A DNA stretch of 64,000 nucleotides from an uncultured bacterium (GCA_963729625.1 CAVSOU010000010.1:704001-768000); one strand, 5' to 3'. Shown: positions 48,220 through 58,150, numbered from the stretch's first letter. Notes: generated by a model not told the origin, from the sequence alone. Translations and numbers: made by a program.

Positions 48220-48427
48220 GTTGACCTCCTGGCGCCGGCTCTACTTGGTCAGCGCTGCGAACTCCACCGCCATATCAGGGTTCCCAGTGGGCGGATAGCA
48301 CTGGGTCTCGCACATTCAGGACGTCCGGCGCCCGTGATACAGGCAAGGTGGGCCAGTCGTCGATCGTTCAGCCGATTCCTCGCAGTTCCATGGCGCGAAC
48401 CGCTCCGTCAGTTGTGTCGCTGCATTC

Positions 48428-48456
48428 AGCATACCATACCTACCTACGGTATACAA
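48428..48456 (-). promoter_or_regulatory. promoter with CsoR/CstR-type operator 3
   Basis: ATACCATACCTACCTACGGTAT (48431-48452); minus strand TTGTAT-N17-TATGCT. Confidence 0.7.
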
Positions 48457-48577
48457 ATCCCCCGTGCGCTTCGGCCAGCGAACAGCTCGGCTGCTCAAGA
48501 AGCATCAGGCTGCCGGAAGGGCGCGTCTCGCGCGCCGGCCGATGTCCAGCCGTTGAGGCACGCCACCTTTGCCGAAT

Positions 48578-48599
48578 ATACCATACCATGGTATGGTAT
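48578..48599. promoter_or_regulatory. CsoR/CstR-type operator 4
   Basis: Perfect 22-bp palindrome ATACCATACCATGGTATGGTAT upstream of the PIG-L gene. Confidence 0.8.
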
Positions 48600-48719
48600 T
48601 AGGTAGTGCGGTGCGGGTTGGGCACGACGTCGCTGATCGCTTCGGTCGGTGCCCCTGCGAAAGTAGGCGAGCAGGTGGGTTCCCTGTCGCGCAAACAGCA
48701 CCGCCGGGGGAGAGCGACC

Positions 48720-49439
48720 GTGAAGACGCTGTTACCGCCGGCACGAAGTGTGCTCGCCGTGTGTGCTCATCCTGACGATGAGTCCTTTGGTCTGGGCGCG
48801 ATCCTGGCCCGTTTTCAACAGGACGGCACGCGGACGGCCGTGCTGTGCTTCACCCAGGGCGAAGCGTCGACCCTGGGTGCCGGCGATAGCGATCTGGCGG
48901 TCGTCCGCAAGGGAGAGCTAGAGGCCGCCGCCCAGTTGCTGGGCATCGAGCGCACGCAGCTCCTTGCCTACCCGGACGGCGCCCTGGCTGACTCGCCCCT
49001 CGACGAGCTGTCCGCGCACGTCGCGCACATGGCGACGACCGTCGCGGCGGACCTGCTGCTGGTGTTCGACGAGGGAGGGATCACCGGGCACCCCGACCAC
49101 AGGCGCGCCACCGAGGCCGCTCTGGTCATCGGCCTGTCTGCCGAGCTGCCGGTGCTTGCCTGGGCTCTGCCTCGTGCCGCGTCCACTGCACTCAACACGG
49201 AATTCGGCACCACGTTTTTCGGCCGTGCTCCGCGCGACCTGGACATCGCCCTCACGGTCGATCGATCGGTGCAGCTGCAGGCCATCGCCCGACACGTCAG
49301 CCAGACAGGGGACAATCCTGTACTGTGGCGGCGGCTCGAATTGCTGGGCTCGGCCGAATATCTGCGGTATCTGCACCGTGCCGCCGACGGGGGAGGCGCG
49401 CCGGCGGAACGCAGAAGAGATAGTGCCCCGGGAGGATGA
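48720..49439 (+). CDS. PIG-L family deacetylase (BshB/Mca-like)
   Basis: CAHPDDESFG, TQGEAS, YPDG, GITGHPDH, HVSQ. Confidence 0.9.
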   Translation: MKTLLPPARSVLAVCAHPDDESFGLGAILARFQQDGTRTAVLCFTQGEASTLGAGDSDLAVVRKGELEAAAQLLGIERTQLLAYPDGALADSPLDELSAHVAHMATTVAADLLLVFDEGGITGHPDHRRATEAALVIGLSAELPVLAWALPRAASTALNTEFGTTFFGRAPRDLDIALTVDRSVQLQAIARHVSQTGDNPVLWRRLELLGSAEYLRYLHRAADGGGAPAERRRDSAPGG

Positions 49440-49820
49440 AACCTCCTGATACGCGGTCGTTGGAAGCCTCAGTTCGTGGCAGGATTCTCTTGCGCCGAGG
49501 TGCCATCAACACCGACAACGCTCGTGAGAACTGCCTGCGGCCGTTGCACGCCGGTCCTGCTGCCCGCGCGGCTCTCGCTCGTCGGCTTCTCGGGCACTCG
49601 CATCCTCTCGGTCAATTTGACCGTCCATCGCTACTTCGTCCCGTTGGCATTGCTGGGAACGATGCTCCTGGCCTTCTCCATCGCTTCCTCAGCCGCCGCG
49701 CTGTCCGCCACCTGCGCTGTGCCGCGGCATGCACAAAACTGAACCGTCGCGCAGTCTGCCGATACCAGGTCACGCCTCCAGCGGCCTCAACTCCCCTGTA
49801 GGTGACATTACATCCAGTAC

Positions 49821-49850
49821 TTGCTACCATACGGGGGTATGGTATATACT
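49821..49850 (+). promoter_or_regulatory. promoter with CsoR/CstR-type operator 5
   Basis: TTGCTA-N18-TATACT enclosing CTACCATACGGGGGTATGGTAT (49824-49845). Confidence 0.8.
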
Positions 49851-49931
49851 GTAAGCGGTGAAACAAAGGCACTCGAAATCCTCGCCGCGCTTGGCGGCGA
49901 CACTGGCCCGGTTTCACGCAAGGGAGATGGC

Positions 49932-50138
49932 ATGATGAATCAGTTGGTAGCGTTCATGAATGGTCAGGCCGGTCGAGGACTGCGCGGCGTGCTCGGCCTG
50001 GCGCTCATAGTGGTCGGGCTTGCGGGTGTGCACGGAACCGGCGGCGCCGTATTGGCCGTCATTGGCGTGGTACCGCTGGCCATGGGTGCCTGGGGACGCT
50101 GCTTGTTCGAGCCGTTCGCCGCGCATCGTCCCGCCTGA
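49932..50138 (+). CDS. YgaP/DUF2892-like small membrane protein
   Basis: FMNGQAGRGLRGVLGLALI, GVVPLAMGAWGRCLF; RBS AAGGGAG. Confidence 0.85.
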   Translation: MMNQLVAFMNGQAGRGLRGVLGLALIVVGLAGVHGTGGAVLAVIGVVPLAMGAWGRCLFEPFAAHRPA

Positions 50139-50279
50139 TCGGTTGGCGATCGACTCCTCCGTGCAACCGGAGCCTGCGACACGCATCCCGTCCGAGAGAC
50201 CGAACCGCCCGAGTGCTTGCAGAGCCACTCGATCCACCAACAAGACGCACATCAGCAGACGGTGAGAAAGGAATCACAC

Positions 50280-50627
50280 ATGTTCAAGCAGCTTCTGTCA
50301 TCCCTGGTTGGTACCCAGGATTCCACCATGAATGTCGACGTCGCACAGGCTCATGCCCTGCAGCAGGAGGGCGCGCAGCTCATCGACGTGCGGGAAACGA
50401 GTGAATTCCGCTCCGGCCACGCCAAGGGTGCCCGCAGTATTCCGCTCAGCCAGCTGCAGCAGCGCTTCGGCGAGATCAAGTCCGACAGGCCGGCGCTCGT
50501 GATCTGCCAGAGCGGCAGTCGCAGCCGGTCCGCGCAATCGATTCTGTTGCAGAAGCAGCTCACGGACGTACGCAACGTGCTCGGCGGCACGAGCGCCTGG
50601 CGGCGCGCCGGGCTACCAATGCAGTAG
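50280..50627 (+). CDS. single-domain rhodanese
   Basis: LIDVRETSEFRSGHAKGARSIPL, CQSGSRS, GGTSAW; close paralogue of 38849..39202. Confidence 0.93.
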   Translation: MFKQLLSSLVGTQDSTMNVDVAQAHALQQEGAQLIDVRETSEFRSGHAKGARSIPLSQLQQRFGEIKSDRPALVICQSGSRSRSAQSILLQKQLTDVRNVLGGTSAWRRAGLPMQ

Positions 50628-50716
50628 AGCGCGACAACATGCGTTCACCACGTCGTGCTACGATGCAATCCGGTGAGGACCGCCATGACTCTGTTCTCGT
50701 GTGAGGGGCTGCCATC

Positions 50717-51694
50717 GTGACCGCGCAGGATGTGTGGGCTGGTGCCCTTGCCGAGTGGTCCATCCCTAAGGTCATTCTGGCCGCGGCGCCTGCATCTCCC
50801 TGGGATCTCTTGGTGGACCAGTTTGCCGAGAAGGCCGCGCGCGCCGTGCGCAATCCAACGCCATCCCACGATCGCGCGCGCGAAGCGCTGCCGGCCGGTG
50901 GCTCCGTCCTCGACGTGGGGTGCGGCGCCGGCGCCGCCTCCCTGCCCCTGCAGGATCGCGCGGGTCGGGTGATGGGGATCGATCCCTCGCCGGAGATGCT
51001 GTACGCTTTTCGCTCCTTGGCGGGTGCGCGGGGGGTGTCGGTGGCCACTGTCGCCGGCACCTGGCCGGAATCGTCCACGCACGTGGATCAGGCCGACGTC
51101 GTGGTCTGCCACCACGTCGCCTATAACGTGCCCGATCTCGGGTCGTTCGCTCTCGCACTGGGCGAGCATGCCCGGCATCGTGTGGTCCTGGAGCTGACGG
51201 TCGAGCATCCGCTGCACCATCTCAACGAACTCTGGCTGCGCTTCCACGACCTCAAACGACCCGACCGGCCCACAGTCGACGACGCGCTCGCCCTCCTGCG
51301 CGAAACCGGAATCAAGCCGCACTGGGAGTCCTGGCAGGGGCCGCCGGGCCCGTGGTTCTGGCGACGGCAGGACCTCGTCACCTGGGTCCGGACGCGCGTC
51401 TGCCTGAAAAAAGACCAGGACGCGGAGCTTGATGCCGCGCTGGACGCTGAAATCACACGCGACGACGATGGACGTTGGTGCCTGCCCGGCAGGGCAGTTG
51501 CGACCGTTTGGTGGGATCGCCCACATTGGTCCGCGCAGTTGAGCGGTCAATCTCTTCATGACGGTGTGCTCTTGGCGCTCGGCGGATATGCACCGATCAT
51601 GGCGGTCACACGATACCTTGCTGAGCTGCCTTATCCTGCCCGCACACTGTCGCATGTAAAGAAAGGTCCCCCATGTCTGATTCTCTTCGCCTAG
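50717..51694 (+). CDS. class I SAM-dependent methyltransferase
   Basis: VLDVGCGAG, GIDPSPEML, ADVVVCHHVAYNV; the last 55 aa or so look like unrelated read-through. Confidence 0.85.
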   Translation: MTAQDVWAGALAEWSIPKVILAAAPASPWDLLVDQFAEKAARAVRNPTPSHDRAREALPAGGSVLDVGCGAGAASLPLQDRAGRVMGIDPSPEMLYAFRSLAGARGVSVATVAGTWPESSTHVDQADVVVCHHVAYNVPDLGSFALALGEHARHRVVLELTVEHPLHHLNELWLRFHDLKRPDRPTVDDALALLRETGIKPHWESWQGPPGPWFWRRQDLVTWVRTRVCLKKDQDAELDAALDAEITRDDDGRWCLPGRAVATVWWDRPHWSAQLSGQSLHDGVLLALGGYAPIMAVTRYLAELPYPARTLSHVKKGPPCLILFA

Positions 51695-53373
51695 TGATCG
51701 TCGGCGGCGTCGCCGGCGGCGCCAGCGCCGCGGCCCGCGCGCGCAGGCTCTCCGAGGACGCCAGCATCGTGCTCTTCGAGCGCAGCCCCCATGTCTCCTT
51801 CGCCAACTGCGGGCTGCCTTACCATATCGGTGGCGTGATCGAGGAGCGAGAACGCTTGCTGATCCAGACGCCCGAGAGTCTGTACCAGCGCTTCAACATC
51901 GACGTCCGGGTGAACACCGAGGTGGTGTCCATCGATACCGCGGCGCAGGTGGTGGTGGCCAGGAACCTGAAGACGGGGGAGGAAACCCGGGAGCCCTATG
52001 ACGCGCTCGTGCTGAGCCCGGGCGCGTCCCCGATCGTGCCACCTATCCCAGGCGTTGACGACAGGCGCATCTTCACCCTGCGGAATATCGAGGACATGGA
52101 TGGCATCCTTGGCGCTCTCGCCACCCCAGGCATGGCTCGGGCTCTCGTGGTGGGGGCTGGCTACATCGGGCTGGAATTGGCGGAACAGCTCCGGCACCGG
52201 GGTCTGGCTGTGGCCGTGGTCGAACGGTTGCCTCACGTGTTGGGCGTGGCGGACGCGGAGATGACCTTCCCCCTGCAGGAGGAGTTGGTCCGGCAGGGGG
52301 TGGATTTGCGCCTGAACCAGGCCGTGACCGCCTTCCAGAGGGAGGGTGACGGATTGATAGCGATCCTGAACAACGGCGATCGTATTGCCTGCGATATGGC
52401 CGTGATGAGCGTGGGTGTGCGTCCGGAAACGCGACTGGCGCGAGAAGCGGGACTCGCGCTCGGCAGGACCGGCGGCATTCTGGTGGACGACCAGATGCGT
52501 ACCAGCATGCAGAATATATACGCCGTGGGTGACGCGGTGGAGATAAGAGACTTCGTGAGCGGCGATCAGGCGCTGATCCCGCTGGCCGGGCCCGCTAATC
52601 GTCAGGGCCGCATAGCGGCGGAGGTGATCTTTGGCCGCGCCAGCCGGTACAAAGCGACCCAGGGCACGGCTATCTGCAAGGTCTTCGACCTCACGTTCGC
52701 CATGACCGGGCTGTCTGAAGCCTCATTGCAACGCAAGGGCTTACCCTACCGCCGCATCTACGTGCATCCCGCCGACCACGCGACCTACTACCCCGGCGCG
52801 CACGCCATCTCGCTCAAGCTCCTCTTCGACCCGGAGAGCGGACGGATCCTCGGGGCACAGGCGGTGGGCGAGGCGGGTGTCGACAAGAGAATTGACGTCC
52901 TCGCGGTGGCGCAGCGCGCCGGCATGACCGTCTTCGATCTGGAGGATCTCGAGCTCTGCTATGCTCCGCCCTTCGGCAGCGCCAAGGATGTGGTGAACAT
53001 GGCAGGCTTCGTGGCGTCCAACGTGCTTCGCGGCGATGTGGCGCTCTGGGAGCCGGAGGAACTGGCCTCACTGACCGATCACCAGACGCTGTTGGACGTG
53101 CGCAGTGTCCGGGAGTATGCGCTTGGCACGATCCCCGGTGCCACCTGCTTGCCGGTGGACGACCTGAGGGATCACCTGGACGACCTGCCGAAGGACAAGG
53201 AATTGCTCGTCCTCTGCCAGGTGGGTCTGCGCGGCTATGTGGCAGCCCGTCTGCTGACCCAACATGGGTTCACCGTGCGCAATCTCTCTGGCGGCTATCG
53301 CCGGTACACCATGTGGAAAGGCACTCAGGCCGTGCAGCCCATACGTGAAGCTGCGCTCGCGAGCGCGGTTTGA
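51673..53373 (+). CDS. CoA-disulfide/persulfide reductase with C-terminal rhodanese domain (CDR-RHD)
   Basis: GGVAGGASAA, SFANCGLPY, GAGYIGLE, IYAVGD, YYPGA, CYAPPF, rhodanese loop LCQVGLRG. Confidence 0.95.
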   Translation: MSDSLRLVIVGGVAGGASAAARARRLSEDASIVLFERSPHVSFANCGLPYHIGGVIEERERLLIQTPESLYQRFNIDVRVNTEVVSIDTAAQVVVARNLKTGEETREPYDALVLSPGASPIVPPIPGVDDRRIFTLRNIEDMDGILGALATPGMARALVVGAGYIGLELAEQLRHRGLAVAVVERLPHVLGVADAEMTFPLQEELVRQGVDLRLNQAVTAFQREGDGLIAILNNGDRIACDMAVMSVGVRPETRLAREAGLALGRTGGILVDDQMRTSMQNIYAVGDAVEIRDFVSGDQALIPLAGPANRQGRIAAEVIFGRASRYKATQGTAICKVFDLTFAMTGLSEASLQRKGLPYRRIYVHPADHATYYPGAHAISLKLLFDPESGRILGAQAVGEAGVDKRIDVLAVAQRAGMTVFDLEDLELCYAPPFGSAKDVVNMAGFVASNVLRGDVALWEPEELASLTDHQTLLDVRSVREYALGTIPGATCLPVDDLRDHLDDLPKDKELLVLCQVGLRGYVAARLLTQHGFTVRNLSGGYRRYTMWKGTQAVQPIREAALASAV

Positions 53374-53794
53374 GGCTAGGCGATCTATAGCAATTCACCT
53401 ATCCCAGCGCCGTCTCACGCCACCAGAGAGAATGTGCCCCATGCACACTTCCACTCCCAACCAGATCAGTGAGTGGGCAACCTTGACGGCAAGCAATGGC
53501 GAGGCTCTGACATTATCGCATTCCGCTAGGCCGACGATGGCTTGGTTTGCGATTGCAGTCGCATCGCGGCACTCGCGTGGCTGCGGCAGTCCAAGGAGCT
53601 TCGGACAACGCATACCGCCAAGGAAGCCGCGCAAGGCCGCTGGAGGGAGGTCATCAGAGCTACGAATGTCAGACGCCACGTTCACGCGCCCATCTCTGTT
53701 TGCCGCAACATTGCTCGGCCTTTCGCATCAGTATTTGTTGCCGGCAAGGATGCGATTCTGCTGGCGTGACGCAAGTCACAGCCACCGAGTGTGC

Positions 53795-54751
53795 CTAGAG
53801 TGACAGCGTCGTGCCCACGCTGTTGGCGACGAATGCGTCGGGCATCGTCCGAGCAATCTGGTGCGTGGCGATCCAGCCTGTGCAGTGCCCGGGCATCACA
53901 AATCTCGGGCCAATAGCCTGCAGCGCCGCGATCGTCGGCGGAATACGCGACTCGAACATGGCGCCGCTGAGATGGAAGCCGCCAACCACCGCGTATATCG
54001 CCGGAACACCAGTCAACAGCTGAGCGTTCCGGATCACGTTGATGATGCCGGAATGTCCGCAGCCTGTCACGATGACCAGGCCCTTGTCGCGCACGTTGGC
54101 AATAGCACACTGATCATCCATGATCAAGGGGTCGGGCTCCCAGACACCCTGACGCCTGGCTTGATGGATCGGAAAGCCCGTCTCGAACCGGGTGGTGCGG
54201 GCTACCTCGCCCGAGACGAGTAGCATGTCGTCCACCAGCATCGAGGGGCCAGCCTCCTCGATCAGCGCGATGTGCTCTCGCTCCAGGTCCGATTTTCGGG
54301 GCGGAGGCAGGCGCTGCAACTCCTCGCCCGTGGGCAGGATCACGCGTCGTTCGAGATACGCGTCGGGGTGCAGGATCAGGGGAACGTTGCGCGAGCCGAG
54401 GCGATCAATCAGGCCGGGGAGACCCATGGCGTGGTCGGCATGGCCGTGACTGAGGACTATCGCCTGAATATCGCGCGCGTTGATCCCCAGCACATCCAGG
54501 TTGCGCAGGATGCCCGTCCGGCTCACTCCGGTGTCGAACAGGACGACACCCGTGCGACCATCACGTTCCACCTCGATCAGGGCTGAGAAGCCGTGTTCGG
54601 CGAGCGGCGTCTCATGTTCAAAGAAATCGAGACGCAGCGGAAAACGCCGGACCACCTCGTTTCCGGCCATCAAGACGTCAAACGTGTTGTCCATGACCAG
54701 CGTGACGCGGACGGCGTCGACCGGAGACAGGGAAATCGTTTGCTGAGGCAT
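53795..54751 (-). CDS. MBL-fold metallo-hydrolase (COG1237-like)
   Basis: AEHGFSALI, LFDTG, LSHGHADH, TGCGHSGIINV, GGFHL, PGHCTG. Confidence 0.92.
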   Translation of the reverse strand: MPQQTISLSPVDAVRVTLVMDNTFDVLMAGNEVVRRFPLRLDFFEHETPLAEHGFSALIEVERDGRTGVVLFDTGVSRTGILRNLDVLGINARDIQAIVLSHGHADHAMGLPGLIDRLGSRNVPLILHPDAYLERRVILPTGEELQRLPPPRKSDLEREHIALIEEAGPSMLVDDMLLVSGEVARTTRFETGFPIHQARRQGVWEPDPLIMDDQCAIANVRDKGLVIVTGCGHSGIINVIRNAQLLTGVPAIYAVVGGFHLSGAMFESRIPPTIAALQAIGPRFVMPGHCTGWIATHQIARTMPDAFVANSVGTTLSL

Positions 54752-54957
54752 TGCATTGCTCCTCCGGACTTCACATGATCCTTTGTCCACAGCATAGCGA
54801 ATCAACCGCAAGCCTCATATCCGGCACCGTAGAAGCGCCTCTGCATGGCTAGGACATGCCGGGGCGCTGCAACCAAGACCGCCTGTCGGAGCTTGTCGCC
54901 TGTTCCCACAAGGTGCCGCACGTTGACGTCGCGCGGGCGTAGCCTGTACAGTTGTAA

Positions 54958-54971
54958 TTGGCATATGCCAA
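54958..54971. promoter_or_regulatory. palindromic site upstream of the DUF134 gene
   Basis: Perfect TTGGCATATGCCAA, 18 nt upstream of the ATG. Confidence 0.6.
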
Positions 54972-54989
54972 GAACCTGGGGGGTTGGTT

Positions 54990-55316
54990 ATGGCTCGCCC
55001 GATCATGTGTCGCAGGATCAACTGCTCGCCTGCCGCCCGCTATTTCAAGCCGCGAGGCATTCCCATGACGGAGCTTGAAGAGGTGTTATTGACACTGGAC
55101 GAGCTCGAAGCAGTGCGACTGGCCGATCGCCATGGCCTCTATCAAGAAGCGGCCGCCGCGCAGATGGGCGTGTCGCGCCAGACGTTCGGCAACATCCTGA
55201 CCAGCGCCCATCGCAAGGTGGCGGAGGCGTTGCTCGACGGTAAGGCGCTTCGCATCGCGGATGCACCGCACTGGCCCCCCTCGATCGCTCGTCAACCCAA
55301 TCTGGAGGAGTCATGA
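54990..55316 (+). CDS. DUF134 predicted DNA-binding protein
   Basis: MARP..CRRI, YFKPRGIP, DELEAVRLAD..GLYQE.AA.QMGVSRQTF. Confidence 0.93.
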   Translation: MARPIMCRRINCSPAARYFKPRGIPMTELEEVLLTLDELEAVRLADRHGLYQEAAAAQMGVSRQTFGNILTSAHRKVAEALLDGKALRIADAPHWPPSIARQPNLEES

Positions 55317-55690
55317 AAGTCTGTTTCCCTGTGCTGCATCCCCAAGGTCTGGACTCGGTCATCAGTCGCCACTTCGGTACGGCACCCCACTTCATGGTGT
55401 ACGACACCGATAGACAGGAACCGTCCGTCGTGTCGGCTGAAGGCGACGGCTCCTGCCAGTGCGGATCGCCGCTGCTAACAAACCTCGACGTCGACGCCGT
55501 GGTCTGCGGAGGCATCGGTGCCGGTGCCATAAAGCGGCTGTCCGCACGCGGTATCAAGGTCTATGCAACCGAAGCCGCGACGGTGGCTCTGTCGTTGGGT
55601 CTGCTCACACAGGGTCTGCTCACAGAGGTGATCGACGGCACCTGCCACGCCGATCACGGCCAAAGCACTCACGGCTGCCATGCGCAGTGA
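55313..55690 (+). CDS. NifB/NifX-family domain protein
   Basis: HFGTAPHF, VVCGGIGAGA, GIKVY, His/Cys tail; ATGA overlap with the DUF134 gene. Confidence 0.88.
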   Translation: MKVCFPVLHPQGLDSVISRHFGTAPHFMVYDTDRQEPSVVSAEGDGSCQCGSPLLTNLDVDAVVCGGIGAGAIKRLSARGIKVYATEAATVALSLGLLTQGLLTEVIDGTCHADHGQSTHGCHAQ

Positions 55691-56002
55691 GAGCACGCAA
55701 CGCGCTGGTTGTTGCGTGGTACGGGCCCACGCCGCTGGTCAAGAACCCAGCCGCCTGGTTTTGGTGCTGGGGAGAGGCCGGACGCGTCGCGGGGTACGAA
55801 CAAGGGCCAGCGGCTGGATGTGCAGGGACCGACTGAGCTCGCTTCCGAGGATCGATTGCGTTGCACGCCTCGGTCGTACGGTGGAACAGTGGTTTCTAAC
55901 TGCACTGAGCGTACAAACTAGTTCAGCCCATCGGGCTTGCTGCGCGTCGCCGATGGGCCTCGTGGAGAGGCAGGCGGCGCGCTGAAAGATGATGAAGGAC
56001 AG

Positions 56003-56995
56003 ATGGCCAAGATCGATGAGCGCGGCACAACTACCCCAACACGACAAGATCGAACTCAGGCTGAATCCCCATCAACCCGAGATAGTCGCGGGAAAGCACG
56101 ACAAGCGCACCAAGATGGCCAGGCGGCCCAAACTGGTCGCGGCAAACAGCGTCGTGAGGCGATGAGACGCGCCACGCAGCCGTGGTGGCGGCGCCGTGTG
56201 GCGATCGGTGGCGGGGGGATCGTGGTTCTCGCGATCGTGGTCACCGTCTTCGTCGCCTTCTCCCATCAAGGTGGCTCAACTGGTGACACGCAGATAGGCA
56301 CCCTCGCGCCGACCGACCTCGTGCAGAAAGTGGCGACGACCAATCCAGTTATCATCGCGGCGGTTGGCGGCGGCAAGCTGCCGACGGGTGACACGCTGCC
56401 TCCGCCAATCCACGCAATCGCAGGCCCTGCGCTCACGGCAAACGGCAAGCCTGAGTTGCTTTTCATCGGCGGTGAATACTGCTCGCACTGCGCTGGCCTG
56501 CGCTGGAGCGTGATCAACGCTCTGGGCCGGTTCGGTACTTTCTCCAATCTGCAGTACATGCGCACGTCGGATGACTATGGCGACCTGGCGACGCTCGACT
56601 TCTACTACAGCGCCTACAGCAGCCCGTACGTGAGTTTCGTGCCGGTGGAGAACAGAGACCGCGCCGCGAATGAGCTTCAGCCCCTCACCACCGACCAAGC
56701 GCAGCTGCTCGACACGGTTGGCGGCAGCACATACCCACTGCTGGACATCGCCGGCCAGTATACGAACGACGCGAAAGGTGCCTATGGAGGCGGCTATGAC
56801 TTCAGTGTCCTGGATGGGAAGGACTGGTCGCAGATTGTAGGCGCCTTGAGCACTGCCGGCGATCCGATCACGGAAGGAATAGTCGGCACCGGGAACTACA
56901 TCACCGCTGCCCTCTGCCGAGCGACCCACGACCAGCCGAGCAGCGCGTGCAATGCTCCCACGATCCAACGGCTGAAGAAGCAGCTGGCACCGTAG
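56003..56995 (+). CDS. DUF929 family membrane-anchored thioredoxin-like protein
   Basis: TM anchor, NGKPELLFIGGEYCSHCAGLRW...ALGRFGTFSNL, NYITAALC...QPSSAC. Confidence 0.82.
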   Translation: MAKIDERGTTTPTRQDRTQAESPSTRDSRGKARQAHQDGQAAQTGRGKQRREAMRRATQPWWRRRVAIGGGGIVVLAIVVTVFVAFSHQGGSTGDTQIGTLAPTDLVQKVATTNPVIIAAVGGGKLPTGDTLPPPIHAIAGPALTANGKPELLFIGGEYCSHCAGLRWSVINALGRFGTFSNLQYMRTSDDYGDLATLDFYYSAYSSPYVSFVPVENRDRAANELQPLTTDQAQLLDTVGGSTYPLLDIAGQYTNDAKGAYGGGYDFSVLDGKDWSQIVGALSTAGDPITEGIVGTGNYITAALCRATHDQPSSACNAPTIQRLKKQLAP

Positions 56996-57236
56996 CCGTG
57001 CGATGGCGGCGACCCGGCTATGCATGCCACGCCGATCTCAACTGCACGCACGCGTACGGCGCCACGGGAGCCCTGATGAGACGGCACGCGACTGGATAGC
57101 GCTCGCACTGCAGCCGGGGATAGAGGACAAGCGTGCGAGACCCGTTGTACGCTGCTACGACGCTCAAGACAACTGGCGCAAGACGTGTGTTCGGGCTGGA
57201 CAGATCGACATACCACCAATCGGGTAGCCCAAGGGC

Positions 57237-57593
57237 TCACGGAGAAGCTGTCATGCCCGCCAACACAGTGGATAAGGCGTCGACGCCGCCCTGATAGTAG
57301 GCGACCCATTGCACCGGCGGGTGCTCTTGCTGCTGGGACGCGGCAAGGTGGCCGCCCCAATCAGCCACCAGGGCCTCCACGCCGACACGAAGGTCGCGTG
57401 CATCCCGGGCTCGCGCGAGGCGCTTTGCCGCCAGGAGGGCGTACAGCTGCCCTTCGTCATACTTGAGGCCGCCGGTCATTCGTCCGCTCTTCTGCAGCTG
57501 GCAGAGCGCGACGCCCCCGGTCTTGCCCGCAAACGATCGCTCGACTGCTGCAACTCGTTCCTCGATGAACAACTGGACGGCGTGTGTCTCCAT
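57237..57593 (-). CDS. hypothetical protein
   Basis: ATG after GAGGGA; motifs ALCQLQK, KYDEG, WVAYYQGG; same strand as, and downstream of, the CstR-like gene. Confidence 0.65.
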   Translation of the reverse strand: METHAVQLFIEERVAAVERSFAGKTGGVALCQLQKSGRMTGGLKYDEGQLYALLAAKRLARARDARDLRVGVEALVADWGGHLAASQQQEHPPVQWVAYYQGGVDALSTVLAGMTASP

Positions 57594-57848
57594 GAGGCCG
57601 TCCCTCGCCATTCTCCGCCGGAGCAGTGTGTGAGCGTAACTGCGCGGTGCCCGACACTTACGCGCTCTTGGACCGTGCCGTAGCCGCAGGTACGTCGGCA
57701 TGTCGTCCTCTCACGTGGTGGGGTGCGCAGGCGGAACGGTGTCACCCGCAGCCTATGGGGCCCGAGGTCCGCCTTCGTCTTGTTCTACATCGTCGGGGTA
57801 GCGCTCAGCAGGCTGCGAGCCAGCGCGGAAGCCCGATAGCCCTGGACG

Positions 57849-58115
57849 CTAGATGTGGGTCAGCAAAGCGATGCTGCCGGCAATCGCGCGCCGCTCCTTC
57901 TCGGGCACGGAGACGAGGCACTCGTCCACGCTGTCAGCTACCACCGCGGCGGCGACCTTCTCCAGTGCCGCGCGCGCTGCCAGTATCTGGGTGAGAATCT
58001 GGTCGCACTGGCGTCCCTCGCGTACCATCTTGCCGATGCCGTGCACTTGCCCCTCAACACGAGCGAGGCGATCCAGGACGCTGTCGTTGGCCTCCCTCCT
58101 TGATCGTTCTTCCAT
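57849..58115 (-). CDS. CsoR/RcnR family repressor, CstR-like (Cys-x-Cys without His)
   Basis: RLARVEGQVHGI.KMV, C37 in RQCDQILTQI, ADSVDEC where copper CsoRs have DHLxxC. Confidence 0.9.
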   Translation of the reverse strand: MEERSRREANDSVLDRLARVEGQVHGIGKMVREGRQCDQILTQILAARAALEKVAAAVVADSVDECLVSVPEKERRAIAGSIALLTHI

Positions 58116-58150
58116 GACCTTGCCTTCCTTTCAGCCGTGCTTACGCCGCT

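Noticed and set aside
49436-49801. ORFs after the PIG-L gene (one with ACGRC and hydrophobic segments)
   Set aside because: Possibly another membrane-protein remnant, but frame and family could not be supported.
50717-51694. Arsenite methyltransferase (ArsM) linking the ars genes to arsenosugar synthesis
   Set aside because: The ArsM cysteine pattern is not evident, and the radical SAM looks MoeX-like rather than ArsS-like.
55313-55690. Nitrogen fixation
   Set aside because: Stand-alone NifX-like domains are common in non-diazotrophs; no nifHDK in the window.
57849-58115. Copper-sensing CsoR
   Set aside because: The Cu-ligating His is replaced by Ser, and no copA/copZ lie near the operators; the targets are sulfur genes.
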